Part shown: in pieces, positions 34,781 through 43,421 of the stretch | Layout: every line of letters begins with the position of its first letter | How positions within the stretch are numbered: the first letter of the stretch is position 1 | Virus record (IMG/VR): IMGVR_UViG_3300048850_000049 | Span: 55,864 to 119,863 of that record | DNA length: 64,000 bases | DNA from: a virus | Taxonomy: Duplodnaviria > Heunggongvirae > Uroviricota > Caudoviricetes | Reading direction: 5' to 3' (one strand) | The notes under the pieces: generated by a model | Told to the model about the DNA's origin: nothing | Databases searched by the model: none | The model's input: the letters and a program-made list of their open reading frames with translations, nothing else | Position numbers and translations under genes: made by a program

Positions 34781-35251
34781 ATGGGCGGATCAACTTCCAA
34801 TATCTACATGGTGCCCTACCGGCTTTTGACGGCCTGGGCGAAGGCTCCCGCTTATAGCTCTGCCGAAGCTGCAGGCGCTGATCTTTACGCCGACCTCTCG
34901 ACTCTGGACACGGAACTCATGGAAACGACCATCCAGCCCGGCAAGCGGCTCCTGGTGAAGACCGGCGTCGCCATCGAATTGCCGACTGGATCCTACGCCA
35001 AGATCGAAGGGCGCTCCGGACTTGCTAACAAGCACGGCATCTGTGTCCTCGGCGGTGTGATCGACAGCGATTATCGCGGCGACGTTGGCGTCATCCTTCT
35101 GAACACCGGCGAAGAGCCGTTCACGTTCAAGCACGGCGACCGGATCGCTCAGCTGGTCATTCATCCCTATCTCGTCGGTCACTTTGAAGAAGCCGACGCG
35201 CTGACTCACAGCGATCGTGGTGCAGCTGGTTTCGGTTCCTCGGGGTCATAA
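34781..35251 (+). CDS. dut: dUTPase
   Basis: RSGLANKHGI, GVIDSDYRGDVGVILLN and RGAAGFGSSG dUTPase motifs. Confidence 0.9.
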   Translation: MGGSTSNIYMVPYRLLTAWAKAPAYSSAEAAGADLYADLSTLDTELMETTIQPGKRLLVKTGVAIELPTGSYAKIEGRSGLANKHGICVLGGVIDSDYRGDVGVILLNTGEEPFTFKHGDRIAQLVIHPYLVGHFEEADALTHSDRGAAGFGSSGS

Positions 35252-35871
35252 TGCTGTTCGGCTTGACCGGTTCCAGCGGCACTGGAAAGACCACGCTCGC
35301 AAAGCGGGTTGCAGAGGAATTGGGCATTACTTTCATGCCCACTTCTATCACTGAATGCGCCAAGCGGCATGGATTCGACGCAGTAGCGCCGATGACGATT
35401 CAGACGCGCATTGCCCTACAGATGAAGCTGCTCGAGGACCACGTTTCGATGGTTATGGATGCAGATCGTCCGCTCATCGTGGACAGGACGCCGATCGACA
35501 TGATCGGCTATCTGCTCGCGGAGATCGATATGCACTCCAATCATCGTATGCTCTCTGAGGATATCGTTGCGGCCGAGGAATATGTCGATCTTTGCCTCGA
35601 GACCACGGCGAAGCTCTACGACTACATCTTCGTCCTGGGCCAGCTGGAGCATTACGAGATCAAGGACAGTCGGCCGGCTAACAACCGCGCCTACCAGACC
35701 CATACCCAGCTTATCATGCAGGGTGCATTGAGCCGTCTGTGGGGCCGGGTGAACTTTTCGATCGTCCGCCAGCAGGAGCTGGAGATCCGTCACGAATACG
35801 TCCACGACGCAATCGTGAAGCGTATGGATGACATTTCTCGGGAAAGGGCTTCATCGGCTCACATTCACTAA
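35251..35871 (+). CDS. P-loop NTPase, predicted nucleotide/nucleoside kinase
   Basis: Walker A GSSGTGKTT at the N-terminus; sits inside the nucleotide-metabolism cluster. Confidence 0.5.
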   Translation: MLFGLTGSSGTGKTTLAKRVAEELGITFMPTSITECAKRHGFDAVAPMTIQTRIALQMKLLEDHVSMVMDADRPLIVDRTPIDMIGYLLAEIDMHSNHRMLSEDIVAAEEYVDLCLETTAKLYDYIFVLGQLEHYEIKDSRPANNRAYQTHTQLIMQGALSRLWGRVNFSIVRQQELEIRHEYVHDAIVKRMDDISRERASSAHIH

Positions 35872-35890
35872 CTTCCCGCGAACAACCTAA

Positions 35891-35945
35891 TGCGCTCCAA
35901 CGAGCGCATCGCTATAACTCTGAATGTAAGTAAGCACATACTGAC
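35891..35945 (+). promoter_or_regulatory. Promoter (TGCGCTCCAAC .. GCTATAAC) plus an imperfect palindrome
   Basis: Upstream of gene 36056. Confidence 0.45.
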
Positions 35946-36055
35946 AAGCACGAGGCGACAAACATGAGTTTACGTTTCGCACAGGCCGCGTTCGCCGCCT
36001 CATTCTGCTTCATTGTCGGTCTTGTTCTTTTTCAATTCTAATCCAGGAGCCATGA

Positions 36056-36478
36056 ATGCCCGATACAAACGACCAGAGTGCCGCTGAGGTGGTGAAAGTC
36101 GAACCGACGCTTGCCATTATCCGCGGTGAGCGTGAAGAGTCCGCTGCAGCCGCTGAGAAGGCTAAGGCTGAACGCGAGGAAAACTACCGTTTGCAGCTGA
36201 AGCGCTCCGCTTTGGGCCGCGTTTTCGACATGTCCCAGGACGTGGACAAGAAGCTCGCTGAGATCAAGGCGCAGAAGAAGCTCCTCAAGAGCTTGCGCGA
36301 TGATCTGGCCGCTGCCGAAAAGGACGAAAGCCTGACGGTTGGCGATCTGAATGTCCTGATCGATCGCGGCGTCGAAGCTGTATATGGGAGCAAGGTCCAT
36401 ACCGGCGGGATCGTTTTCAATCCGATTTCTATTCTTGCGCGCTCGCCGCTTGAAGATTTGGTCTATCGGGTTTCTTAA
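36056..36478 (+). CDS. Hypothetical coiled-coil protein
   Basis: AGGAG RBS; charged helical sequence. Confidence 0.4.
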   Translation: MPDTNDQSAAEVVKVEPTLAIIRGEREESAAAAEKAKAEREENYRLQLKRSALGRVFDMSQDVDKKLAEIKAQKKLLKSLRDDLAAAEKDESLTVGDLNVLIDRGVEAVYGSKVHTGGIVFNPISILARSPLEDLVYRVS

Positions 36479-36491
36479 CCGGTAGGCTTTG

Positions 36492-36538
36492 GAGATCCGG
36501 ACTAAAACGCCGGATCTTCTCTTCCGGGTAGCTCCCGG
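36492..36538 (+). terminator. Two hairpins (GAGATCCGG..CCGGATCTT; CCGGG-TAGCT-CCCGG)
   Basis: After gene 36056..36478, before the tRNA-like region. Confidence 0.35.
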
Positions 36539-36573
36539 TAATCAGCAGAACGAGAATTGATAGGGGTCGTTAC

Positions 36574-36641
36574 GCCCCGGTAGCACAGGGCCGTGCAGTG
36601 GTTGAAAGCCAAAGGTCGTGGTTCGACTCCACGCCGGGGAT
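36574..36641 (+). tRNA. tRNA-like element 1 (acceptor/D/T arms; no canonical anticodon stem found by eye)
   Basis: 6-bp acceptor CCCCGG/CCGGGG, U8A9, D-stem GCAC/GUGC, T-arm CGUGG-UUCGACU-CCACG. Confidence 0.35.
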
Positions 36642-36859
36642 GCCTATCAAGCCCGCAAGGGTGCTGTAAAACGAGGCGTCATAACCCACGCCTATCGTCT
36701 GCAAAGCCGGAGTAGCGCTCCGGCAACGAATAAAGATCGTGGCACACGGCAGTCCGCTCATTGCGATTGGAAGCCAGGTGCCCGTTCTCGAGCCCCTGCT
36801 TTGTATCGCGTTAGTCAGGCTAGTAGGTTCACCGTATGGGGACCGGCTCCGAGTTAAGT

Positions 36860-36990
36860 CCCGCCGCTCGAAGGCTAAAGGATGGACTGTTCGAAACGTC
36901 CTTCTGGTGCCAGGGGTGGCCCTAGAGAGAGCAAGTGACCAAGGCTCACGCAAGGCCAAGGTCCAAGAGGTTCGATTCCTCGGCGGGGCA
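36860..36990 (+). ncRNA. Structured RNA region with a tRNA-type T-arm (GAGG-UUCGAUU-CCUC); 5' boundary unresolved
   Basis: T-arm at 36966-36982 followed by 3' strand CGGCGGG; the only complementary 5' strand (CCCGCCG) lies at 36860, giving about 130 nt, which is too long for a normal tRNA. Confidence 0.25.
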
Positions 36991-37145
36991 TCACATTCGC
37001 CCGAATGGGCAAAAGTTTGAGGAAGTGGGGAGGTAGCGTGCTCCGCGGGATTTGAGACACTGATGCGCTTGTGTCTCTCGGCGAACAACCGCCCGCCCTC
37101 ATTACCGTCGGACGAACGGCCCTTCCCTGGGTCGCCGACGGTCAT

Positions 37146-37213
37146 GCTGAGGTCGTCTAGCTGGTTAGGACGCAACGTATACCGAAACGTGGGTTCGACT
37201 CCCACCCTCAGCC
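37146..37213 (+). tRNA. tRNA-like element 3 (7-bp acceptor, D-arm, T-arm; anticodon arm not canonical)
   Basis: GCUGAGG/CCUCAGC acceptor, D-stem CGUC/GACG with loop UAGCUGGUUAG, T-arm GUGGG-UUCGACU-CCCAC. Confidence 0.35.
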
Positions 37214-37227
37214 CAACCACACATCCC

Positions 37228-37285
37228 CTGCCGCATTCCACTTCGACATTTGCTACTTTGAGTAATCAGTAAGCACTTACTTAAC
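37228..37285 (+). promoter_or_regulatory. Promoter variant (CTGCCGCATTCCAC .. TGCTACTTT) plus palindrome AGTAATCAGTAAGCACTTACTTAAC
   Basis: Upstream of the lipoprotein gene 37301. Confidence 0.45.
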
Positions 37286-37300
37286 GAAAGGAATTCAGAC

Positions 37301-37543
37301 ATGAAGAAGTCACTTATCTCCGTCGGCGTGATGCTGGCGCTTAGCGCCTGCTCTACAACGGGTTTCCAGCCCAATGACAAATACGAGACGGTCGCCGGCT
37401 ATCCGTTCAAGACGAACCTGAGCTGCACGCGCACCAAGCCGGTCGGCCTGTTTGATCCCAAGTGCGACTATCCCCGTCTCGGCTTCAAGGGCTTCTCGCC
37501 CATGCCCGATTTCAGCGTCGGAAGTGGCGTCAGCGGCAGCTAA
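37301..37543 (+). CDS. Small lipoprotein
   Basis: MKKSLISVGVMLALSAC signal plus lipobox. Confidence 0.5.
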   Translation: MKKSLISVGVMLALSACSTTGFQPNDKYETVAGYPFKTNLSCTRTKPVGLFDPKCDYPRLGFKGFSPMPDFSVGSGVSGS

Positions 37544-37587
37544 GTCAACTGGCGCGCTCTTCGGGGCGCGCCACCCTCACTCATTAC

Positions 37588-37645
37588 CTACCGCATCCCA
37601 ACAATTGCTGCGCTATAACGATGTCAGTAAGTAGTTACTTAAGAG
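37588..37645 (+). promoter_or_regulatory. Promoter (CTACCGCATCCCAAC .. CGCTATAAC) plus palindrome CAGTAAGTAGTTACTTAAG
   Basis: Upstream of the GHKL ATPase gene. Confidence 0.55.
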
Positions 37646-37651
37646 GCACAA

Positions 37652-40018
37652 ATGCAGGTTTCCACAATCGCAGAGCTTGATACGCACGCCGTTATTGGCG
37701 GTGGGCAAGCCCAGGCTTTCGGAATGTCCGACAGCGCTGAATTCTTCACCGTTCTTTCCGACACCCTTTATCGCGACAAGAAGCGCGCCGTGATCCGCGA
37801 AGTGATCTGCAACGCCCATGATGCTCACGTCATGGTCGGTAAAACCGATGTGCCGCTGGAAATCACGCTCACCGAAAACGAGCTAACCATCAAGGATTTC
37901 GGGCCTGGCATCGCCAAGGACAAGATCGGTCCCGTCTACTGCGTTTATGGCGCATCGACCAAGGTCAAGGATGCAACTCAGACCGGTGGCTTCGGGCTCG
38001 GCTGCAAGGCGCCGTTTGCGTATTCCGACCACTTCACGGTTACGAGCTGCATCGATGGGTTCCGCACGCTTTGGGCGATCTCTCGCGGCGGGGCTGCAAC
38101 CGATGGTAAGCCGGACTTTCGTGCGATGGTGTCCGTGCCCTCGACTGAAACTGGTATCACCGTGTCGATCCCGCTCAAGAACAGCGGCGATGTGCAGGTG
38201 TTTACGACGCTCATCAAGGAAGTGGTCCGCAACGGCGGGATGCTCGCCAAGCTCAATGGCGAACGCCTGGAGCGCTTCGACTACACCGAGGCTCGCAAGA
38301 ATGGTTTCGCAATCGCACCGCGCGGCAGCTACTCGTCATTCCGCGAGTCCCGCGTCTATCTGCTCTACGCGACCGTTCTCTATCCGGTTCTGACGACCGA
38401 TGAAGAGATTATGGCGAAGGTCGACGATTTTGACCGCCTGATCGAAAGCAATGGCCGCGCTGTGCTTATTGCCAAGCCGAACACGATTGGCGTGCAGCCC
38501 TCGCGTGAAGGTCTCTCCTACTCCGAGCTGACGACCGGCACGCTCCACTCTCTGCTCGATCAGGCGATCGCGACGTTGAAGGCGACTGGCCCTCTCATCG
38601 CTCGCAAGATCGTTCGGGCACATGCCAGGTCGATAATGAAGGATCGTTACGCCCTTACGGTCTCATCGCCCACGTCCTCCAATACGCCCTGCCGTGAATT
38701 GCTGTCGGATCCCAAGGTTATTGCTGAACGTGCCGTCCGGGAGCGCCTGTCCAACTACCTTCCGGACGCGCAACGCAGGAAGATTGCGATAAGCGAGATG
38801 GCGAAGAAGTTTCGTGATGATCGCCGCATTTTCAGGCGCGGCGCGGCCGACTATCGGTTCAACCTGGAACGAGAGCGGTTCGATCACTCCCGAAGGCTGA
38901 TTTTGCGCCTGGCTTCGAAGGCAGACGTTCTCGACAACGTGGTTCTTTTCACGAAGGATTCCGGTTACGTCCGCTGGGTAGGTTCCAAGATCGATGAAAA
39001 GCGCTTCAATCGCCCGATGATCCAGCGCTTGATTATCGGACCTTCTCGCAAGCTGGTCGATGAACAGCTTCGCAAGGAGTTCGATAGCAAGAGCCGCTCC
39101 GCCTATGACGATCAATCCAGCGACATCATTCCGGCTCTCATTCTCAACGCGCCGAGCGAGAAGCTGCTTATGTCAGTCCTTGAGATTGCAGAAGCTCTCA
39201 AGATCCCGACGACGCTGTTGGAATTTCCGAAGCGCAAGAAGTCGGCCAAGATTGGTGATCTGTTCACCGGACTGCTCGACCTTACGCACAATTCCAAAAA
39301 CTACACCTGGCGCGCGGTTAAGGCGAATGTGAGTGAGCCGAAGCACTATATACGCGCCTACGGCACGCAGGAGCGCCTTGAGCTAGGTTTTGCCCGTTAC
39401 AGCGAGGACAAGTCCGCGTTCAAGAAGATCGAGAATATGTTTCCCGGCACCGTCGTCGCCTGGACCGTCAAGCAAGAAGCCAAGTTAAAGTCGAAGGGTA
39501 TTCCGAACCTCGACGTGGTGATCGCTAAGGAGCTGAAGGCGCTCGAAAACAGCCGTGAGGTTCAGTATGCGACGATGATGCAGGGTGGTCACTTCATCTC
39601 CTCGCAGGAGTATCGTCACTCCATCTCCGGCAAGATTGCAGTTATGTGTTCGCAGTCCCTGACCATGTGCAAGTTTTTCTTCCCCGATCGCGCCAAGTTG
39701 GGCGACAAGACCGATCGTTTGCACAAGCTCTGCGAAATCGCCGGCATGATCGGCAATGAACGTGGCTATGCGTGTCCAAATGGCACTATCGCCCGCGAGA
39801 CGATGAAGAATATCGCAACGAAGGCGAAGATCACGTTCAAGGACATGATTATGGATAGCAGGGCGGTCGAAAAGAAGTTCGACTACATGCGACTGATCGC
39901 CAACATCAATTACAGCCCGGCCGATGACGAGCAGATCCTCGGCCTCATTAAGTTCCTCGCCAAGCAGGCGAAGGCTGCCTCATCTGCAAACACTGAAACC
40001 CAGAAGGAAGCTGCATAA
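37652..40018 (+). CDS. GHKL-family ATPase (HATPase_c-like N-terminal domain), 788 aa
   Basis: N-box VICNAHDA, G1 KDFGPGI and G2 TGGFGLG motifs at the N-terminus; long uncharacterised C-terminal region. Confidence 0.55.
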   Translation: MQVSTIAELDTHAVIGGGQAQAFGMSDSAEFFTVLSDTLYRDKKRAVIREVICNAHDAHVMVGKTDVPLEITLTENELTIKDFGPGIAKDKIGPVYCVYGASTKVKDATQTGGFGLGCKAPFAYSDHFTVTSCIDGFRTLWAISRGGAATDGKPDFRAMVSVPSTETGITVSIPLKNSGDVQVFTTLIKEVVRNGGMLAKLNGERLERFDYTEARKNGFAIAPRGSYSSFRESRVYLLYATVLYPVLTTDEEIMAKVDDFDRLIESNGRAVLIAKPNTIGVQPSREGLSYSELTTGTLHSLLDQAIATLKATGPLIARKIVRAHARSIMKDRYALTVSSPTSSNTPCRELLSDPKVIAERAVRERLSNYLPDAQRRKIAISEMAKKFRDDRRIFRRGAADYRFNLERERFDHSRRLILRLASKADVLDNVVLFTKDSGYVRWVGSKIDEKRFNRPMIQRLIIGPSRKLVDEQLRKEFDSKSRSAYDDQSSDIIPALILNAPSEKLLMSVLEIAEALKIPTTLLEFPKRKKSAKIGDLFTGLLDLTHNSKNYTWRAVKANVSEPKHYIRAYGTQERLELGFARYSEDKSAFKKIENMFPGTVVAWTVKQEAKLKSKGIPNLDVVIAKELKALENSREVQYATMMQGGHFISSQEYRHSISGKIAVMCSQSLTMCKFFFPDRAKLGDKTDRLHKLCEIAGMIGNERGYACPNGTIARETMKNIATKAKITFKDMIMDSRAVEKKFDYMRLIANINYSPADDEQILGLIKFLAKQAKAASSANTETQKEAA

Positions 40019-41490
40019 TGGCAAACATTCGCATTGCCGCTGCTATCGCAAGTCAGCACGGCATTACGCTCTACCTCGAAAACGGCAAGGAAATGAACCT
40101 GCCGACGACGAGCTGGCGCACCAAGGCTATTCTCGATGATATTCTCAAGCGCCTTTCGGTAGGTGAGATCGTTGAAATCGATCCGGAAACCTATTCGATC
40201 GAGGCTCGCGTCGAGAAGGAAACGAAGGGGTTGCTTCGCTTCACGAAGAAGACCAAGAGCTTCGTAGCCGGTCTGTTCGGCAAGAACGCCGCAAATGACG
40301 ACTTTGTTTCTGTCGTTCTCGCGCCTGCTGATCCGGTCAAGAAGTTCTCTGCATCCGTGGCTCCCGCTGCCGTTAGCGTCCAGGAAGAGGAAACTGAGCT
40401 GGTCGCTATTGTGACGAATAAGGCAACTGGCAAGGAAACCATGATTCCTGGCGTCGCTGCGCTTGAAAAGCACGTCGAGTCCGCCGTCATGAACAACAAT
40501 GTCGCCGGATTGCAGCGCTTCATGGAGCGTCTGGCCTCAATGCAGGCTAAGCGGTCGCACACGGTTCAGGAGCTCTTGCGCTTCATGGAACGCGGTGATC
40601 TTCCGATCGCTGATGACGGCTGCATCGTCGCCTACAAGGTCTTGCAGTCCAGCGGCTCGAATGGCTACTTCGTCGATTGCCACACGAAGCGCATTCAGCA
40701 GCGTGTCGGGTCGAAGGTGCAGCAGGCCGAAAGCCTGATTGACCAGGATAGGCGCCATGAATGCTCCACCGGTCTGCATATCGCCCGCCGTGGTTACTTG
40801 AAGCAGTTTGGCGGTGACATCATCACCATCGTCAAGGTCGCTCCGGAAGATGTGGTTGCAGTTCCGAATTACGACGCCAACAAGATGCGCGCGGCGTCAT
40901 ATCATATCGTCGGGCAGCTTCCGTCTGAAATTCATAGCGTCCTGCGTGCTGACAAGCCGATGACCGGGAACGTGGTCGCGGCAAAGATCCTCGCAGACGT
41001 GATCGCCGGCAACCATATCGGTGTTGTTGAAACGGTCAGCATCACGGAAGCGAATGGGGGAAGCTTCATTGTCACGCCTGTCAGCGACGGTGGAACGTTC
41101 GTGTCGGGCCAGGCAGGCTTCGCCAGGGCGTTGGATGCTCCGGTCGATGGTCTGAAGCCTGCCGACATTCGCGCCGCTGTAGAGGCCAATGTCGCAGCGA
41201 AGAAGGAAGAGATCAAGAAGGTCAAGGCTGTGAAGAGTGCGGCTGAGACCGGCGACCTCGCCGCTGCTCTGAGCGTGTCCGCGGCTCCCGCGAAGGCTAA
41301 GAAGCCGAAGCCTGAACCGAAGAAGAAGTTGGTCGCTACCAAGCCTAACAATCTCGACGCCGAGCAGCTTCCTACGAAGCACCTTCAGGCTCTGGAAATG
41401 CGCAAGAGCGGAATGTCCAACCGTGCGATCGAGGCTGAGCTCCATATCTGCCGCAAGACCTTGAAGAAGCTCTTCGACAAGCACGGCTGA
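40018..41490 (+). CDS. Hypothetical protein with a C-terminal LuxR/GerE-type HTH
   Basis: TAATG coupling to the GHKL gene; C-terminal LQALEMRKSGMSNRAIEAELHICRKTLKKLFDK; internal AAETGDLAAAL motif and a K/P-rich linker. Confidence 0.5.
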   Translation: MANIRIAAAIASQHGITLYLENGKEMNLPTTSWRTKAILDDILKRLSVGEIVEIDPETYSIEARVEKETKGLLRFTKKTKSFVAGLFGKNAANDDFVSVVLAPADPVKKFSASVAPAAVSVQEEETELVAIVTNKATGKETMIPGVAALEKHVESAVMNNNVAGLQRFMERLASMQAKRSHTVQELLRFMERGDLPIADDGCIVAYKVLQSSGSNGYFVDCHTKRIQQRVGSKVQQAESLIDQDRRHECSTGLHIARRGYLKQFGGDIITIVKVAPEDVVAVPNYDANKMRAASYHIVGQLPSEIHSVLRADKPMTGNVVAAKILADVIAGNHIGVVETVSITEANGGSFIVTPVSDGGTFVSGQAGFARALDAPVDGLKPADIRAAVEANVAAKKEEIKKVKAVKSAAETGDLAAALSVSAAPAKAKKPKPEPKKKLVATKPNNLDAEQLPTKHLQALEMRKSGMSNRAIEAELHICRKTLKKLFDKHG

Positions 41491-41521
41491 TAACTCCCGA
41501 CAATATAGCGCGCAAAATCGA

Positions 41522-41568
41522 AGCACTCCCTCGACTTGCGCGCTATAAAGTAAGTAAGCACTTAATTA
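41522..41568 (+). promoter_or_regulatory. Promoter (GCACTCCCTCGAC .. GCGCTATAA) plus palindrome AGTAAGTAAGCACTTAATTAT
   Basis: Upstream of the RNA ligase gene. Confidence 0.55.
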
Positions 41569-41572
41569 TAAT

Positions 41573-42187
41573 GTGGAGAATGCAGTGACCATCACCATTC
41601 CTGATCGCGAATTCAAGTCCTTCGAAAAGATCAACCGCGCCAAGACCGGCTTCGGTTGTGTCATGACCGAGAAGCTCGACGGTTCAAACGCCCAGATCCT
41701 CATCGAGGACGGCAAGATCGTCGGCGTCGGATCCCGTCAGCGCTGGATCAAGCCTGGTAAGGAACACGACAACTTCGGATTTGCCGCCTGGGTTGAGCGA
41801 AACGAGGAAGAACTCCTCCGGCTCGGCGACGGCGCTCACTTCGGTGAATGGTATGGGTCCGGCATTCAGCGCGCATACGGTCTGACTGGCGGTGACAAGC
41901 GCTTCGCTCTGTTCAACACGGGTCGCTGGTCAAACGATGAGATCCGCCCTGCCTGCTGCGAATGCGTGCCTGTCCTGTTTGCCGGCGAGTTCACTCGCGA
42001 GAACGTCAACATGGTCATGCGGAATCTCGCCGAAGAGGGTTCGCGCCATGTGCCCGGTTTCATGCGCCCCGAAGGAATCGTCATTTTCATCCCTGGCTCA
42101 CGTTCGCTCCTCAAGGAAACTTTCGAGTTCTCCGACGGCAAGTGGAAGGCCGATAACGCAAATGCCTCAGCTGTCGCTGTCGCTTAA
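41573..42187 (+). CDS. Rnl2-like RNA ligase nucleotidyltransferase domain protein
   Basis: Motif I TEKLDGSN, motif III HFGEWYGSGIQ (compare T4 Rnl2 FGEFAGPGIQ), motif IV EGIVIF; GTG start. Confidence 0.6.
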   Translation: MENAVTITIPDREFKSFEKINRAKTGFGCVMTEKLDGSNAQILIEDGKIVGVGSRQRWIKPGKEHDNFGFAAWVERNEEELLRLGDGAHFGEWYGSGIQRAYGLTGGDKRFALFNTGRWSNDEIRPACCECVPVLFAGEFTRENVNMVMRNLAEEGSRHVPGFMRPEGIVIFIPGSRSLLKETFEFSDGKWKADNANASAVAVA

Positions 42188-42196
42188 GGAACAATC

Positions 42197-42880
42197 ATGA
42201 CGATCACTCACCGTCACAGCGGCATCAACACCCCGACGACGGCTCCCGTCGCCACTGGTCGCGGACCTTACATGCACTCCTCCAACGGCCGGAAGATTTA
42301 TCCGTTCGATCCGCGCCCGGAGGAATTGAACATCAACGTGATCGCGCACCACCTGGCCTGCAATAATCGCTGGAACGGCGCAACGCAGCACAAGCGGTTC
42401 AAGTCGCGCATCTCCTTCTCCGTTGCAGAGCATTCGGTCCTGGTCGCAAGGTATATGGTCGAACACCTGAAGCGTCCTGACCTGGAGCTGGAAGCGTTAA
42501 TGCACGACGCACCGGAATATCTCCTTTCTGACATGATCCGGCCGATCAAGCACGATCCGCGCGTCTATCCGGTTTACAAGCCGCTTGAAGACAGGGCCGA
42601 GAAGGTGATCGCTGAGCGGTTTGGCCTGATCTATCCGCTTCCGCCCGAGGTCAAGATGGCTGACGAGGCTGTCTGCGCGGCCGAGGCCATTCAGATCGTT
42701 CCCAAGGATGAGCGCGACGAATGGATCTCCGGCAAGATGCACGATGATAGCCGGGTTGCTCCTTACGAAATCCAGATGCTCGGCGCCTACGCCGCGAAGG
42801 AATTGTTCCTGGTCGCCTATGAAGAAGCCATTCGTCGCCGGCCTGACTTCCACATGCTTCCGTCTTCTGTTGAGCTATAA
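42197..42880 (+). CDS. HD-domain phosphohydrolase (YfbR-like 5'-deoxynucleotidase family)
   Basis: H..SVAEHS ... LMHDAPE HD motifs. Confidence 0.6.
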   Translation: MTITHRHSGINTPTTAPVATGRGPYMHSSNGRKIYPFDPRPEELNINVIAHHLACNNRWNGATQHKRFKSRISFSVAEHSVLVARYMVEHLKRPDLELEALMHDAPEYLLSDMIRPIKHDPRVYPVYKPLEDRAEKVIAERFGLIYPLPPEVKMADEAVCAAEAIQIVPKDERDEWISGKMHDDSRVAPYEIQMLGAYAAKELFLVAYEEAIRRRPDFHMLPSSVEL

Positions 42881-42900
42881 CATAAGTAAGAAAATACTTA
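42853..42900 (+). promoter_or_regulatory. Promoter (CATGCTTCCGTC .. AGCTATAAC) plus palindrome TAAGTAAGAAAATACTTA
   Basis: Overlaps the 3' end of the HD-domain gene; upstream of 42914. Confidence 0.5.
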
Positions 42901-42913
42901 TGCAGAGGTTTAA

Positions 42914-43165
42914 ATGATCGACGCTGATAACTGGCCGAGTTTGGGCGCTGAACTCGGCCGCAAGACTGCCGGCGTCATCGAAAGATGGATGGCGCAATAC
43001 GAAGCCGGCCGACTGACGTTCAGGGAATTCTACCTCATCGTCAACGCGCTTTACGACACGACCAGCGGCCTCGCGCCGCAAGATATCAGCGACATGCTGG
43101 CAACGATTGAAAAGGAACTGCGAAATGAGGCATCGAGTCGAAAGAAGGCACAAGCTGCATTGTGA
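42914..43165 (+). CDS. Hypothetical protein
   Basis: Promoter plus palindrome upstream. Confidence 0.4.
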   Translation: MIDADNWPSLGAELGRKTAGVIERWMAQYEAGRLTFREFYLIVNALYDTTSGLAPQDISDMLATIEKELRNEASSRKKAQAAL

Positions 43166-43421
43166 CAGCTGCCATGAAGAGGTCGAAATCGATCGCGTGA
43201 GCCTTGCCTGGGTGGATACGCCCTGCCCCGTCTGCCAGTCCAACATGCTGCCCGAAGAGGACTTCCGCGAATACTGCCGCGTTGAACATCGTTTGGTCTG
43301 GATGGAGCGCTTCGCCCGGTTTCTCAACTTCTTCGGGCTGCTGCCCGCTGGTGGACTTAGCCGCACGACCATCAAGCACGGCGAAACTGTGACCAGGCTC
43401 CGCGAGGGCAGCCTGCTTTGA
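43125..43421 (+). CDS. Hypothetical zinc-ribbon protein
   Basis: CDSCHEE...CPVCQ; AAGGA RBS. Confidence 0.35.
   Translation: MRHRVERRHKLHCDSCHEEVEIDRVSLAWVDTPCPVCQSNMLPEEDFREYCRVEHRLVWMERFARFLNFFGLLPAGGLSRTTIKHGETVTRLREGSLL

Noticed and set aside
36560-36990. tmRNA (ssrA, including the permuted two-piece form)
   Set aside because: GGGGAUG.. next to a T-arm looked tmRNA-like. No tag reading frame ending in ..AA-stop is present, no G3-U70 acceptor pair, and the only long frame (36618..36857) encodes a non-tag peptide.
36570-37241. 223-aa minus-strand ORF across the tRNA-like region
   Set aside because: It spans three T-arm motifs and hairpins with low-complexity translation. The region is better explained as non-coding structured RNA.
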